This document shows positions 1 through 13,500 of a DNA stretch of 64,000 bases, in pieces. Each line of letters starts with the position of its first letter. Positions within the stretch are counted from its first letter, which is position 1. The stretch spans positions 5,270,001 to 5,334,000 of the forward strand of contig JAYWIR010000005.1 of the NCBI GenBank assembly GCA_036172245.1, written 5' to 3'. The notes under the pieces were generated by a model, which had not been told where the DNA came from, made no database searches, and saw only the letters and a program-made list of their open reading frames with translations. The stretch is from Raillietiella orientalis. Lineage: Eukaryota. A program made the position numbers and the translations under genes.

Positions 1-102
1 CTACTACAATGAATTAATTTGGATTCTCGAAGCGTAAAAACAACTTTTAGAATTGATGAAAAATTTATCAGTTAATTCCATAGGGCGAAATTTCAAGGGA
101 TA

Positions 103-142
103 TGTCAACACTGGTAAAGCTTTTGGTTTACCAGTGTTGGCA
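103..142. repeat. 16-bp imperfect inverted repeat (hairpin) with 8-nt loop
   Basis: tgtcaacactggtaaa (103-118) is the reverse complement of tttaccagtgttggca (127-142) at 15 of 16 positions. Confidence 0.8.
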
Positions 143-1379
143 CTGTTAGTAAGAGTGTTTACTGCATTGATTTTTCAAGTAATGTAGGTCTGTGGATCTT
201 ACAGGATAAATAAGATTTGAATTAATCTATAGAATTGTATGCATGTAATGGTTCATGAATAGTGCTTGTGGGCAGCGTTTGCTTCCGAAATTTTTTTCAG
301 GAGCATCCTTTATTCAGAATTAAATGGCTCATGATGGTTCATACAACCTCTTTTTTTAGTTGGAAAAGTTTTGCAGAGTGATTGTCTCCATTTCATAATA
401 GCGTGATTTTAATTTCATAAGGATAACTTTTGATTTCATTGTACTCTAATAAAACGGTATAATCTTCCAATTTGTTTAAGGAGATGTAAGGGAACATTAA
501 AATTAATAAAATGGATAAGTGCCTTTTCCATTTCCTTCCAACTAAGAGGGTATTGCACAGAATGGGAACGCAGTTGCGACTGTGCCTGTTACGGGGTCAG
601 GAAAATGCTTTAATAAAAACATTGCATCATTTTTGCTGATCTCGATATGCTGTAAACCACTTGTTAAATTAGTGAATTTTAGAATAGTCCCAGTTGTAAA
701 CAAAATTATTGCATGGAAAGAATGATCGGTGTTGAAGTTATAGTTTTATATTTAAATGTTTGCGTGTAGGATTATTAATTTGTGCAATTTTATTTTATTT
801 TTTGTGTGCTTCGTCGAATTCGTGAAAAAATATTCGGCGAATGTTGATGGTAACTCCATGAAAAATGCATGCGAGATTGTTTGGCAAGGTGCGTTCTGGG
901 AATAAATACGAAACAGCACAAGGCATAAAAAAGGTTAATGTTTACACATCAACACCTTATGTTTCGACATTCCGACTAGGACAGCACATTTTGAGCACGT
1001 GTTTCCGGTGTCAAGGCAACACCACTGAGTTGGCTAACTGCGAGTTGCTTCATGACAAGGATATTTGTCGAAATAGTGATCGAGGCCATAATGCTCGATG
1101 GAAATTGGCAGTTTTTAGATGTATGTAGATCCCATGTTTATTCATGTTTTTGGATGATGGTCTTGTACGGAATTAAGAAAAGCCAGATAATTTATCACTT
1201 ACAGATGTGCACAAGCTTTGAATGATTTGAATATTTTATAAGCCGTGGTCAGACTGTAATAATTTAAACTCGAATCTGATATTCTTAAACATTTAAGTTC
1301 CACATTAAGTTTTACAATAAATCTCATAATCAGAGGAATATTGAAGAGGTGTGTAATATTAACTTTCAACATTAATGCT

Positions 1380-2150
1380 GAAGTTAAAAGAGCACTTTTT
1401 CATGATAAGCCAAGAAGAATGGTCTGCTCCTTTACTTTTCTTCCAGACAGATCTCTATCCGGACTCGGTATTTACTCTTTCATCTTTTTTAGGATGCGTT
1501 CTATCACGAAAACAAATAACATCCTGAACGACTTTATTATTTTCTGCAATGCTCATAATTCTTCATAATATCAGTCCTATGAAAGAAGTTCATCTCTAAT
1601 CTCGCACTTGACTGATTTTTATTCCATTTCAGTCTTCCCATATTCCTGTTAGAATAGCTAATCTATTACTCTTACGCGTTAATGAATTACAAAAAGAAAC
1701 AGATTTGGGCATCAAAAGCAGTCTAGACAATCCTGTCTCATCCATAATTCCTAATTCTTTCATCTAAGAAAGCATTCCTTTCCATACATATTTTTTCTCA
1801 AACCAATCTTTCCTCCCTTACATATTTGCAAAAAAATATTTCTAATTCAATTCCGTGTTCTCGTTTAGGAACCTGCAATAGAAATTGCAATTCGCATACA
1901 TAATCTGATGGATCCCGAAACTAGGAACAGTTTTAAGCTTCTTAAACAAGTTTTTCCACTCTACTAGCATCTCCCTCTTTTTCCTTTCAGTATCAAGTCA
2001 TTCTTTTTCATCGCATCACTATTTCAATCCTCACTGACTACAGCTGTTTATTACCTCTACTATCTACCTGTCAGGCACACGAAATAGCTCATCTGCTTCT
2101 TCCTATGGCTTTTTTACCATTCCATAAAACACGCATCTTTGAGCTCTAAA
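1380..2150 (-). mobile_element. possible highly degenerate 3' remnant of a non-LTR retrotransposon
   Basis: Stop-riddled minus-strand translation has pieces (REERLV, KELGI) reminiscent of the region downstream of LINE reverse transcriptases. Weak. Confidence 0.25.
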
Positions 2151-2494
2151 GTCAATAAGACCACTTGCTTTTCCGTATAATGCATCCCCTTATTGTTCCC
2201 TTGCTTTTGTTCATACTCGTGGTTTTTATTTCAACCAAATTCCAATAAAATAATGCTATACAGGCTTTGATTTCCAAATCTACAGGAAAAAAGTACATGT
2301 TCGCCGATTTGCTTTCAAATGAGACATAAATACAGAATGCTGGAACCACGGATGTATTTAAGATAGAATTTGTTTGGAATTGACCGAATTCCCTCCAGCT
2401 GTTTTAGCTGAATACACGACTTTGAAATGGGAAACAAGTGCTTGATAATCATTCTTCAAAACCAGTGTATTAAGAGTTCACTAAGTTCAAAACT

Positions 2495-2895
2495 TGCTGA
2501 CAATTTTTTCTAAAAAGGTAGAACCTCACGAGGAGATCATTATTATTTGGCTCAAAGATGAAGGGAACCTTGTGGGTTCTTCTATTTGATGCTTTCCTTC
2601 CAGCTTTTTTTCTTTCTTTTTGTTTTTCGTTTTTTTTTGGTTCGACTGAGGCTCAAGACCCGTTCACCCCGAGTAGAGAGGGCATCGGGGCGGCTCGATG
2701 ATGCCGCCACAGGGGTTCAGAAGACTTTAGTACTGTCACGCAAGGGATCGAGTAAGTCAGTCAGGGGACAACTCCGAAGAGGTTACCCTAAAAATTCAGG
2801 AAGACTTCGAGGATTGGAGTCCGCTCCTCTTCACTCTTGGGAAGGAACCCCCGAAGGAACCCCTCATCTCTGGTTGTCTCTGAAGGGAGATTCCA
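2495..2895 (-). mobile_element. 3' part of the GGTTCCC SINE-like family (copy E)
   Basis: Its reverse complement contains cccttcagagacaaccag...ggttccttcgggggttcc...tcttcctgaat, an A-rich tract and gccaaataataatgatctcctcgtg, colinear with about 23630-24015. Confidence 0.8.
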
Positions 2896-4799
2896 ACGCG
2901 GTCAGGATTGTTGTTGGAGAACATTGGGTACAGTGTAGTAATTAGCAGAAGCAATATTTCGTTACTAAAACCACCGTGTAATGAAGCTATTTATTGTCTC
3001 GTACACACTTTTACTGTTCGGGATGCCTCACATCGTTGTCCATTTCCTCCACTGAGTTTCATCACACGAAACTAAGCGTCTCACGATCGAGAATCAGGCA
3101 ATAATTTCAAACTTGGATAGTAAAGTTTTATTTACAAAGCAGTTGTACTTTAATGAATTACTCCTATATAAAGGGAAATAAGGGAAGTAATGGTATTTTT
3201 AATTTTCATTTTCACAGAGGGCGACTTCAGTTGTCGAAAGTAAAATAACATCAATTTCTTTAATGCTTTTCGAAATATCACTCATTTTCATTTATGATTA
3301 TTTTTCGTCTTTTCTTGAAGTATTAATTTATCTTTTTATCCTGCGTATTAGGATTTCAAACTTGGCTCTAAATGTAGCAAGCAGTGAGCCAATTCAAAAG
3401 TAAGTGTCCACTCAGTATTAGAATCAGAAAACACTTTTCCAAATCCAGATGCAGAAACTGTGGTCCATAGTTTTAATTTAGCCGTAATCCATGATTAAAA
3501 GGAGCGAGGAGCAAGTATTCCTTGGTGTGTACAAAGTTTCTTAGAATCCTATGTGGGGAACCAATTTTGCCGAGGTTAAAGCGAATTTGTTCGTGCATCG
3601 AGATTGTTTCGAATTTTAGCAATTTGGTGACAACGTAGTCTTTGAGATCCCACATAAAAGTCACAAGGATCGATAAACTGTGGACCAAGCTCTCAATGAC
3701 TGCAGAATCGAATGGATCAGCTGTTTGCGGGATAAGGCCATATTCTTCCTTTTTTGTTTTTCTTATTACCCAACAGTAATGTAAAGAGATTGATCCATCT
3801 GCCAATTGATAAGCGGACAAAATTATTTACATTTAATCTACTGGATTTTTGGTTTTATGTATCGAGTACACAAATTATGCTTAACACATTCTGGACGACC
3901 AGATTATTAATGTAAAAGTGTAGACTCAATTTAATTCTGTTCATTGTCAAAAGATTGACTAATCATACTTTCCCTCGTTGTCATTTCAAATTCATTCTAA
4001 TAGTCTTTTTCTATCGTCTTTTTCTAAAAAAAAAAAAAACTCTATTTATTATATCTATTTATAAAGCATTTGGAGTTAGATTTGTTTTCATCCTTATTTC
4101 ATTTTGCAATTTTAATTTATGACTGAAACAATATTTTTTATTCCCTAATTTCAAAGTTTCAGCGATTCGCTTAAGCACTGTATTCTTATCATATTCTGTC
4201 AGCACTGACCTTAAGACACTACATTAATTGAAACAATAATATAGAAATGTCAACAGAAACCTTCCTGCTTTCCGAATAATGTATACGAGTATGAGCGAAA
4301 ATCTGGTAGTAATGAAAAGCATCTAAATTGTAATGCCAGAAGTATCACACAGCAATAAGAACTGCAAGCAATTGGAAATAGAATTATAAAGGTATTGATT
4401 ACCATAGAAAGTGAGGACACGTCTTGTCGGTCTACATGGAATTTTGAATATTGATTCAGAAAGTTGTTAATGAAACTTGAAAAATTGTGAGGACGAGCAT
4501 GAGTGAGGGGATCATAGACGATCTGTACAAGTATCAGAGAAGCAGAATGGCTAAACATCCACCATAAAATTCTGTTTTCCATGTACCTGTATGTTTCTCG
4601 TTTCTCATATCCAGTACATGCTTCCTATAATGATAAGTAGATGATATGCCATGATGTGAACTTGAATTATGGGATGCGAACAAAATTCCAAGATTTTCTA
4701 CTTCCATGATGCTTTGTACAAAAGCTATGGAGCAGTGAGAATTATATTCTTCTTTTAATTAAGTTCTTCAAAAATGGATCTGAATAAAATCACGAACTT

Positions 4800-5950
4800 T
4801 GGTCTTTTGTTTGTTTGTCGTTTGTTTTGTCTTTTTACCTCAACTTCATCTGACCTGTCCATATGACGAATATTGTACGCAAGAGGCTCCGGACAGTCTT
4901 TCGCAATAGGTATTTTCCTCATGAGGCTTCGCTGACTTGCTCGAAATCCTCAGGAGGGAGATCATTATCAAAGTGATCGAGGAGCTTGTCGTTTTTCTTC
5001 TTCACGTGTGTTGCACATAGGGAGCTTAAGTACATCCGGTGTCTCAGCTCCACAAGCTTTCTCTTCGGTATTCCTAAGTACTGGACTGCTTGTTCATTAG
5101 CAGGATCCCATGCACCCAGAGAGCCGACGATGATCGCATGTGCTTTCGTTTGTTTTCCACTACTCCCGAGTTGCAATGCGATATCTTTATTTTTCTCTTC
5201 TTTGTTTCTTCTGGCTGTGCCGAAAGTCTCCTTGCCGTTTTCATATGGGCAGCAGAAATCCAGCACACTAATTCGATTTTCTTTTTCTAAAACCAGGTCT
5301 GGTTTTAGGCTGGAAGTGGTTCCTGGTGCTCTCCGGTTGCTTGAGACAAGACGCCACTTTGCTCATCCTCTGCGGCCTTCCTGATGATCTCTTAGATAGA
5401 ATCAAGACGTTGCATCGTTAGAGGAACGTGCTTCTTGCATCTGTTTAGCGTTTCGTCCTCTGTCCCGCACCGTCGACATATGCGTTCATGTCCTTTTTTG
5501 GTTGGTCCAGCGTTGATTGGCAGTAGGTTTAGTCTTGCTGCGTGGATAAACTTGTAATCCTGAAACCTTAGGTGGATTCCGTTCGTGTGAAAAAAGCTCG
5601 AGGAGTGATGCATGCCTACACACTGCATGGCTTTCCCTTGACTAATGTAGTTTTGGATTAGGGACTGCCATGTGTGTTCCCTCTGCAATGATCTCACACC
5701 GGAGGTGATCCTCCTTCGTGTTGCTCTGGTAAAGATTACTCCGTCAACTGTTATACGGGGTTCTCCTTGTTTAAATCCCCAGCGGGCTTTGACTCTTCTG
5801 GAATCCTTTCTTACTTACGTCCAAAGAAACTCTATATCATTTCCGGGTTATGTGGTTTTCCTGTGTAGAGCACCCGTCATGAATTCCCCAAGGTTGTCAT
5901 CTGTAGGGACTCCGTGAGTTCGTTTTTGGATTATTTCTTCCAAGGTATCG
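4800..5950 (-). mobile_element. 5'-truncated, frameshifted NeSL/Utopia-like (R2 superfamily, RLE) non-LTR retrotransposon fragment
   Basis: Minus translation gives QGKAMQCV...SSFFHTNG.HLRFQDYKFIHAARLNLLPINA, a partly deleted zinc knuckle CRRCG..ETL, KPDLVL...LDFCCPYENG (PD-D/ExK nuclease) and IIVGSLGAWDPANE. An A-rich 3' end lies near 4800-4840. Confidence 0.9.
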
Positions 5951-7195
5951 TTCGGCACGTTAAATCATTAAAGCAATATTGTACTTCGCTCTCCAAAAAA
6001 CTGTTACCCTTTGTGGCTATTCCTGAAAATTCAGAAGCATTCTTTATTGTTCATCTTTTTAGCTTTCTGTGAGATAAGAGAGAAAAGAAGAAGCACGTTT
6101 TGGCACTGAGAAGAAAAGGCTTTAAAGTCATCAGGGTATAGTCATCCGAAATCTATCTATTTTTGCGATTTGCTTGAGGTGAAATTAAATAAATACAAGC
6201 ATGGAATAGAAATTTCTGGTTTGTGAGGAAGAAATAAAGTTGCAAATATTACAATCAACCGGCTTTTAGTAAGTGCGCTATTTGATGGACGAGAGCAGGA
6301 AGTTCATATAAGAATGCACCCTTTTTACCACTACCCAAATGAATTTAGAATTCTCAACAACGGAAAAAGTAATTTCTCACTTCAAGAGGTGATGTTCCAG
6401 TGCTCGGAGAAATAAAATTCAGTTTAAAAGAAAGGTTTTCTTAGCTTTCTCTCTGCTCCATCACGTAACAAGGAAGTGAAGCTGAAAAACCTTTGAAAGG
6501 GCTGAAGGTGGTGATTTATCATACATGATAACAAGTGAGCTGGATAAACTTGATGTACCGAACATGATCAGTAATTTGAAAAAAAGATCATATTGAACAC
6601 AGAAAGCTAAAGAAAAGGGATAATTTCAAAGAATAGGATCATTGAGACAGAAACGAAGATTTCAAATAAAGAAAAATCTCGAAAAATATCCAAGTACAAA
6701 TAACGTCAAGTTTCTAGCACCGGGAAAATTGTGACTAAAAGCATAATGTCGAATGAGCAAATCTTTTCTGGATGTACCTCTGCTCATGGGCACTTTACTA
6801 ATATATCCTTTTAGGCATTAACCTCGATGACAGTAATAAAAAGTTGAAAGCTTCGTGATCGTAAAGTGCAGCAAATTTCGAAATAAGAACGAAGTGTACC
6901 GTGTACTACTTTTCTCCAAAGGTGATGCATTTGTGTAGAACATCAAATCTCTTCTCGAAAAACTTGATGTTCAAGATTTCACGATGGAACTGGAGAAATA
7001 ATTGTAGTTCTCAGCTTATTTGTCGATCGCGTGATTCAATTCGAGCTGAAGAAGAAAACAGAAATGCAATGTAAAAAGTGAAAATGGGAAATAGTTCGAC
7101 TAATAATTCGTAAATAAAGAATACCATTAAGTGTGTTTGTTTATGATAAAAAGATGAAGATGGTCCCTAACGAGCTTTGGGTCCCATACAGAATG

Positions 7196-7290
7196 ATTCT
7201 TCATGAACATATACATATGTATATACATATACATATTCATATTCTTATACATATATATATTCTTCATGAACATATACATATGTATACTTT
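7196..7290. repeat. ATAC/AT-rich low-complexity tract bounded by a ~27-bp direct repeat
   Basis: ttcttcatgaacatatacatatgtata occurs at about 7197 and again at about 7260, with catatacat-type units between. Confidence 0.85.
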
Positions 7291-7578
7291 TTTCAAAAGT
7301 ATTCTGAGCGCTCAATTATTTCATCATTTCTTTTCTTCAAGTACCAAAGAATTTCACAATGAAATCACGTTACTTTTCCTTTCGTTCAGAAATGTGATGC
7401 TGGCTTTTCTGTTGTATTTACAGAGTGATATTAAGTTTGCAGAAACCGCGTTGCCCACTGCAAACCCTCCTGTGCATGGTTGTACAGTATGAATTCATTT
7501 CTCCACACGATGTTCGTACGGAACTTTCTGTTTTATCAGAATGGCTGCTGTTAGCATCTGATAAAATATTCTTTTGAG

Positions 7579-10500
7579 ATGACGGAGAGGTTGAGTTCGT
7601 ATGCCGCCGATCTAAGTGATTGTGAGTCCCATACAGAAGAAGACAAACTTCGATACCTTTTCAATTTATGTGATGCAAATGGAGATGGTTATTTAGAAAG
7701 GCATGTAAAACTGAATTATTCGATTAAATGAAACATTTTTTACTCAGAGTACATATTTTGTGGTAGCACAAGTAACTATAGCAGAAAGCAAGTGTCACAT
7801 AAGTTTCATCAATTACTACATGATATTGTTGAAGCTATGAACTGCTGAAATGCATCACCACATAAATTATCAGTCACCTACGTAACCTTCCTTTTTTTTT
7901 TTTCTAGTCAAGACATTTTTGCTATCTGCAAGCATCTCAACTTGGAATCCCTTGCTGCTGAAATCCTGCGTGAGTTCAAACCCGATGAATTTGTAAGAGA
8001 TATTCACTTTTTGAGTCATAGTGTAGTAAACATACATTCCTTGAAAATCGATGTTTCAAAAGGATTTTTCCATTCTCAGGGTCGTATCAAATTCGAGAAT
8101 TTTATAAGCTGTAAACAGTCACTTAATGATCAAATTAGTGCAATACGCATCCAGTCATCTCAGTTGGAATCTCTCATCTGCCCTCCTCCAGATTCGGCGT
8201 GTTCTAGTCACCCAAGCAGTAGTGAAAATAGTTTGGGTATACCATGAAATATAAATACCTTACAACTAATTGCTTTTACTAAGGCAAAAATGAATTATGG
8301 GAATTTGATAGTGGGGCTCGAGATCTTAGTCCAGAGCCATCTGCTTTGCAAAACCTATCTGGACATCAGTTATCTACAACAAAAATGTCCATGCTACATG
8401 TTGCAAATAAAGTAAGAATTTTTCGATTCAGTATTATTTACTAAACTATTAGCTACTCTTGTATATCTAGCTTCATGAAAAAGCTTTATCATCTCTAAAA
8501 CAGAATGTTTCTGCATTATCTTTGCAAGTTCAACAGCTGGAATTACAGAAAGAAGAATTTCGGCTAGCATACACTTCCTTACAAGTAAGTATAAGGGCTA
8601 TTCTCAACATTTTTGAGTCAATATGTGGGTCTTGTTATTCGGTTTTTCAGTTTGTGTTTTGTATTCTTTTGAATGTAAATATTCACTGAGGTCATTCACT
8701 GGTTTTGAGTAATTCAAGTGAGCACTTTGCAAAGAAAAGCAGTGTGAAAGTAGAAGAGAGAAACTTTTCAAAAGTAAAAGGCAAAGTTTATGCTTATAAA
8801 GGCAGAGTTTTTAACCAACTGGTTCTTCAGAGTGTTCAGAACTTTGTTCTGATAATTCCAGGCTATGGAAATGACAAACGATTTTAAAATAATATTTGTA
8901 GTGAAAAAAATGGTATTTTTTGATAATTTTATAGCGTTTGTCATATCTGTAGCATTTTGTTTAGAGTTATTTTTCCACTGTATTGGTGTTTTATTGCATT
9001 GATTATACTATCATTAGTTGACCATGGATATGATTCATTTGATCACAGATAACTTGCTCTATTAAATGCATGTTTGGAATTTTGTGCGCCTGTTACACAT
9101 GGTTTAGAGTTTTGTTTTGTTTGATTTGTGCTTTTCGTGGCATCAGAATGTGTATTTTGCAAGACTTAACTGTATCATTGCAAAACGCTGTTTTCACCAA
9201 ACCCCATTGGTGTTTCTGACATGGAAAATCAAGATCCAAGTCCTTTGGTCTTAGGATTTTTCATGCTTGATGTTTCACATTTATTCAAGGTTTCTTTCTA
9301 TAAACTACGATTTCATAACGAATATATTCTAGAATATTTTCTTTGAATAAGTATTGTTTTCGTGGTATTTTTTTTTGATCAAAAGAATTTTGTTTTTCAG
9401 TTAACTCAGTTGTATTTAAAAAAATACTTGAGTTTTTTCTTCTTCTTGAAAAACAGTCAATTTTATTCGATATTTTTTTTGCATATTTGCAAATATGGTT
9501 TAAAAAAACTTTCCAGTTATAGTCACTGTATATTGTATTTACACCTAAGATTCATCTGTGTCCATGCATCAGTGAGTGCTTTCTAAAAAATGAAGTATGT
9601 TTATCAGAAACAGTATAAAGTATTTGATAATGCAGTTTTGCATGTTAAGAGTTTGTGAATCTCCAGGAAGAAAATGCAAGCCTGCTACTTAGCATGGAGC
9701 AAGCACTTGCCTCACAAGCCCAGCACTATGAAGAGTGCCTCACAGAGCTGCATTGTGTTGTGGCTGAATTAAGTAGGGGTTTAATTTGCCATCAGACTGA
9801 TGTCATCAAAGAAGAAAATGAAATTTCTAGTCCAGAAGATAAACTCAGCATTATTTCTGGTGAGTTTAAAATTAATCTATACATCAACTGCTCTGTGAAA
9901 TCATGATGGGTACTTATCATTAGCTCTTGTTAGAAGTTATTTATTGCTGATTCAGCTTAGTTTGCATATATGCTGTTAAATTTGACATTGGTAGTTTGCA
10001 GTTTTTTCCCATGATTTTAGCTTCATCAATTTAGTCAATTCAATCACCTGATTATTCATTTGATTTTCTAAGATATACTTTTGTAGGGCTTTGCAATATC
10101 TGAGAGAAAACTAAGACTAAAATAGGTGCGTGCAGGGAGCTTAATTATATTATTTATTATTGAGACACTTAAGTAAATGGAAGCAAGTTTGAGCAGAATT
10201 GCAAATGAATGCAGATTTTTAGTAGCCAAACGGATTTCAAAAACTACCTATCCTGATTTTGAATTTATTATTGAAATTCCATTAGAAAATAGTCTTGCAA
10301 GCTATCTTTCCATATGTTGGCAACATCATTTAATTTCTGTAGAAAAAAGAGGCAAATATTTTCATCATTTAAAAAAATGTTGTTTCACATAGCTTAATTT
10401 CTGGGGTTTGTTTCTCAACTTTTTCACAGGCAATGTATTAATTATAGCTTAATTATTATGTAATCATTGCTTGTAATCCTTTACTTGTGGATTTCCTCTG

Positions 10501-13500
10501 TTGTTTTCTATACACTTGTGAAAGCCATTTTATTTGTCAAATTTAGTTTTATGTAGATGAAATACACCAGATACTTTACAGATTCAGCTTATGTAGTCTT
10601 TCTAAAAGTTGTGACTCGTACTTACTATCCTTGTGCCTAATTCAAAATTTAGTATTTAAATCTAATGAATCTAATTCAGATGAGCTTTTTCCAACATGTA
10701 CAGGTACAGTCAGGTGCAGTTTATACTGTTGTACTGATTTCACGTTATTCACACTTTCAGTACCTCCTCAGATACCTTTCAGATACTTTTTGTGCCATTG
10801 ATTATAAGCTGTAAACAGTATAGAAACTTAGAGCATTTTATCTTAATATTCAAAGTTTTTTCAACCAGAAATCAATGAGAACGATTTTGTTAGAGGAAGA
10901 AAAAAAAATGAAATGAAATGCTGATTCAAGAGCATTAAATGGGGAGCTGAGTTTAAGTTTAAAAATTCAAAGTACTTATGAGTGGCAAAATGAGAATTGA
11001 AGAATTGATCATGCAGACAGAAGAAGGAAGTCTCCAAGCCAACTTGTGAAACCTGTACTTTAGATCATGATGGATAATCATCATTATAGGTGTGATTGTG
11101 ATCATTTGCTATTAAGCCTCTTTTTTTTTTCTTTTTTTCACTGTAATACTTTGAAATGCAAAGCTGAATTCGAAGTTTACGTGCTTTTTTAAAAAAATTG
11201 CCAAAAGTTGGAACTATATTTTAAGAGAGAACTATATTTTTTTCGACATTCTAAAACAATTTTTTCCATTCAAGCTTAAAAGAATCTAACATTACATCGG
11301 ATATGCCGCAAGCTGCAGCATTTGTTTGTATCTTTTTTTGACCATCTGAGATTTTAAATGTGTTCAGTCATGCAGTTTTATTGCGCATTTTTCTGTGAAT
11401 GTGTCAAGTTTTCTGCTTATGAAATTTTCATGTTTTGCAGTGGCATGGTGTTCTCTGTTTAAATATCAGTGGTCAAAATTCAAGTTTGGTATGCATCTGC
11501 CCATTGTTGACACCAATTTGTATTTCTAGGAGTCTTTCCCTCGTAATCACCTTGATCAAATGTGATCACTTTATAATTCGTGTTATATTGTGATTTCTTT
11601 AATTTGCAGACCATATTTATCTCTGGAATCAGTCCACAAAATTATTTTTATTCCATGAGCATAACATTTAGGATAACATTATTATTTGACACCTTTTCAA
11701 CTGAACTCTCGTGGATGGTGCTATAATGATGCTACAATCTTGTGAAAAGGGATTATCAACCAAATCATTAATTTTATAATCCTAGTAATGGAAGTTTTAA
11801 TTTTTTTCTTTGAAATAATTCAAACTGTTATCAAGGAGTTACTGATAGCTAGTCTAATGCTGCCAACTATATAAAGATTTTTATGAGTGTTAATAATTCT
11901 AATTCAAAATCATGGAAATGTATTTGGTAAATGTTCTCCTCAGTTGTGTATTTCTTTGAGTTTTTGGTTTCTTATATGGTTTGAAATTACTTCATGCTAA
12001 TATATGTTTATTTTCTCATATTTTAATTAAAAACCTGTTTACTGTTTCAAAAAAATGCTGTCACTTTACAGTGTTTCAAGGAAACCATGCTTTTTCCTGG
12101 AGAGATTTTTCTATTTTGAAGGAGGGAAGTCAGCAGAAATATGCCTTTGAGAACAAAGTATAAATAAATAAGCAATCTGGAATGCAAATTACAACTTTTT
12201 GAATGGTAACTGGATAGCCATTAGTCAGTTGGATGTTACAAAAATTTTTCCTTTCTCAGTGTTATCCACTAATTGGTGTTGTTTATGTGTTGTTATCAGT
12301 GTTCACCTTTTAAATCAATTTTGTGTTGTAGAATCATCTTGTGTGTTTATGTTTATTCTTTTAATCTGTATTTTCATTATCTGCCCATTATTTGTTACAA
12401 TTATTATTAACTGCTTTCATTCTTGAACATTTTTTTTAGATAGGTATCTTTCATTGGGACTGCAAGTACGTAGTAAATGCAAATACCAAGAGTTAGTCTT
12501 AAGGCAAATACACTGTATGGAACAATTTTGACTGTTTGACTCCACTGTCTTCACTGCTTGGACATTTATATGCTTATTTGTGTGCTTATTTTTATGCCTG
12601 GAGTGCAAAGGGTTGATTGATGTTTGTAAGCATTCAAAGTATAATTTGTGGATAACCTGTTGCCATCAATGGCTACAAGAAATCTACTGTTACTGTCGCA
12701 TTCCTATCGCATCTACCATCAATCAGTTGTTCTGTTCACATTTCACTTTTGCATGATTCATTGACATGCAGGTTGAAAATTTTGTTACATATCTGCTAAT
12801 GTAATTGATTGGTATCTGCTACATGCTTGGAGTTAGTACCACTTATTTAATCAAATACACCATTGTTCAAGTTTTGTTTCCAGACAACAACATCTTCAGT
12901 GAAATTTCCATGCAATGGACTGTCGTCAATTACGATAGTCCATCACATGGACTGTACGCATGGAAATGTCAGTGAAGCCATAGTATTTTTACCGTGAAGT
13001 ACTGATTTCTCTTCATTGTGTTTGTATTGACTTTGTCTTATTCCTTCACAAGTCTTCAAGTGTATAGGTGACATTCGCAACATTCGGGGAGAAAAAAAAA
13101 CCCTCAACAAGGTGAATGGTTTCTATGTGCTTACGATTTCACAGAAATAAAGATTCTGAAATCGTCCAAGATATGCTCAACTTGCAGAATAATTTTCCGT
13201 TTTCATACACGTCAGCAATGCAACGTTCTTGACAGATATTTTGCTAGTGATTTTCATGTTTGCCAAGGTTTGCTTTATAAACGTAAACACAGCCATGATT
13301 ATTATTATTGTTATTGTTGGGAATTGCTGTTTTTATTTCATTTGAATCTGAAACGCCTTTTGGGTTTTTGTCACCCACTTACAAATTTAACTGCTTCTGT
13401 TTTCATGTTCTTTGCTTTTTTTGCTTAGCTCCTCAACATTTTAACTTGCTTTTGCACCTTAGTTTACACAAAGTTGGCTTAGCAGAAACACCACTGTAAG

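Noticed and set aside
7127..7492. ORFs 7133-7492 (+) and 7127-7315 (-)
   Set aside because: The HI/MY-rich translations come from the ATAC low-complexity tract.
12884..12953. Extra MCC exon
   Set aside because: The splice sites are plausible, but 70 nt would break the frame between the flanking phase-1 exons.
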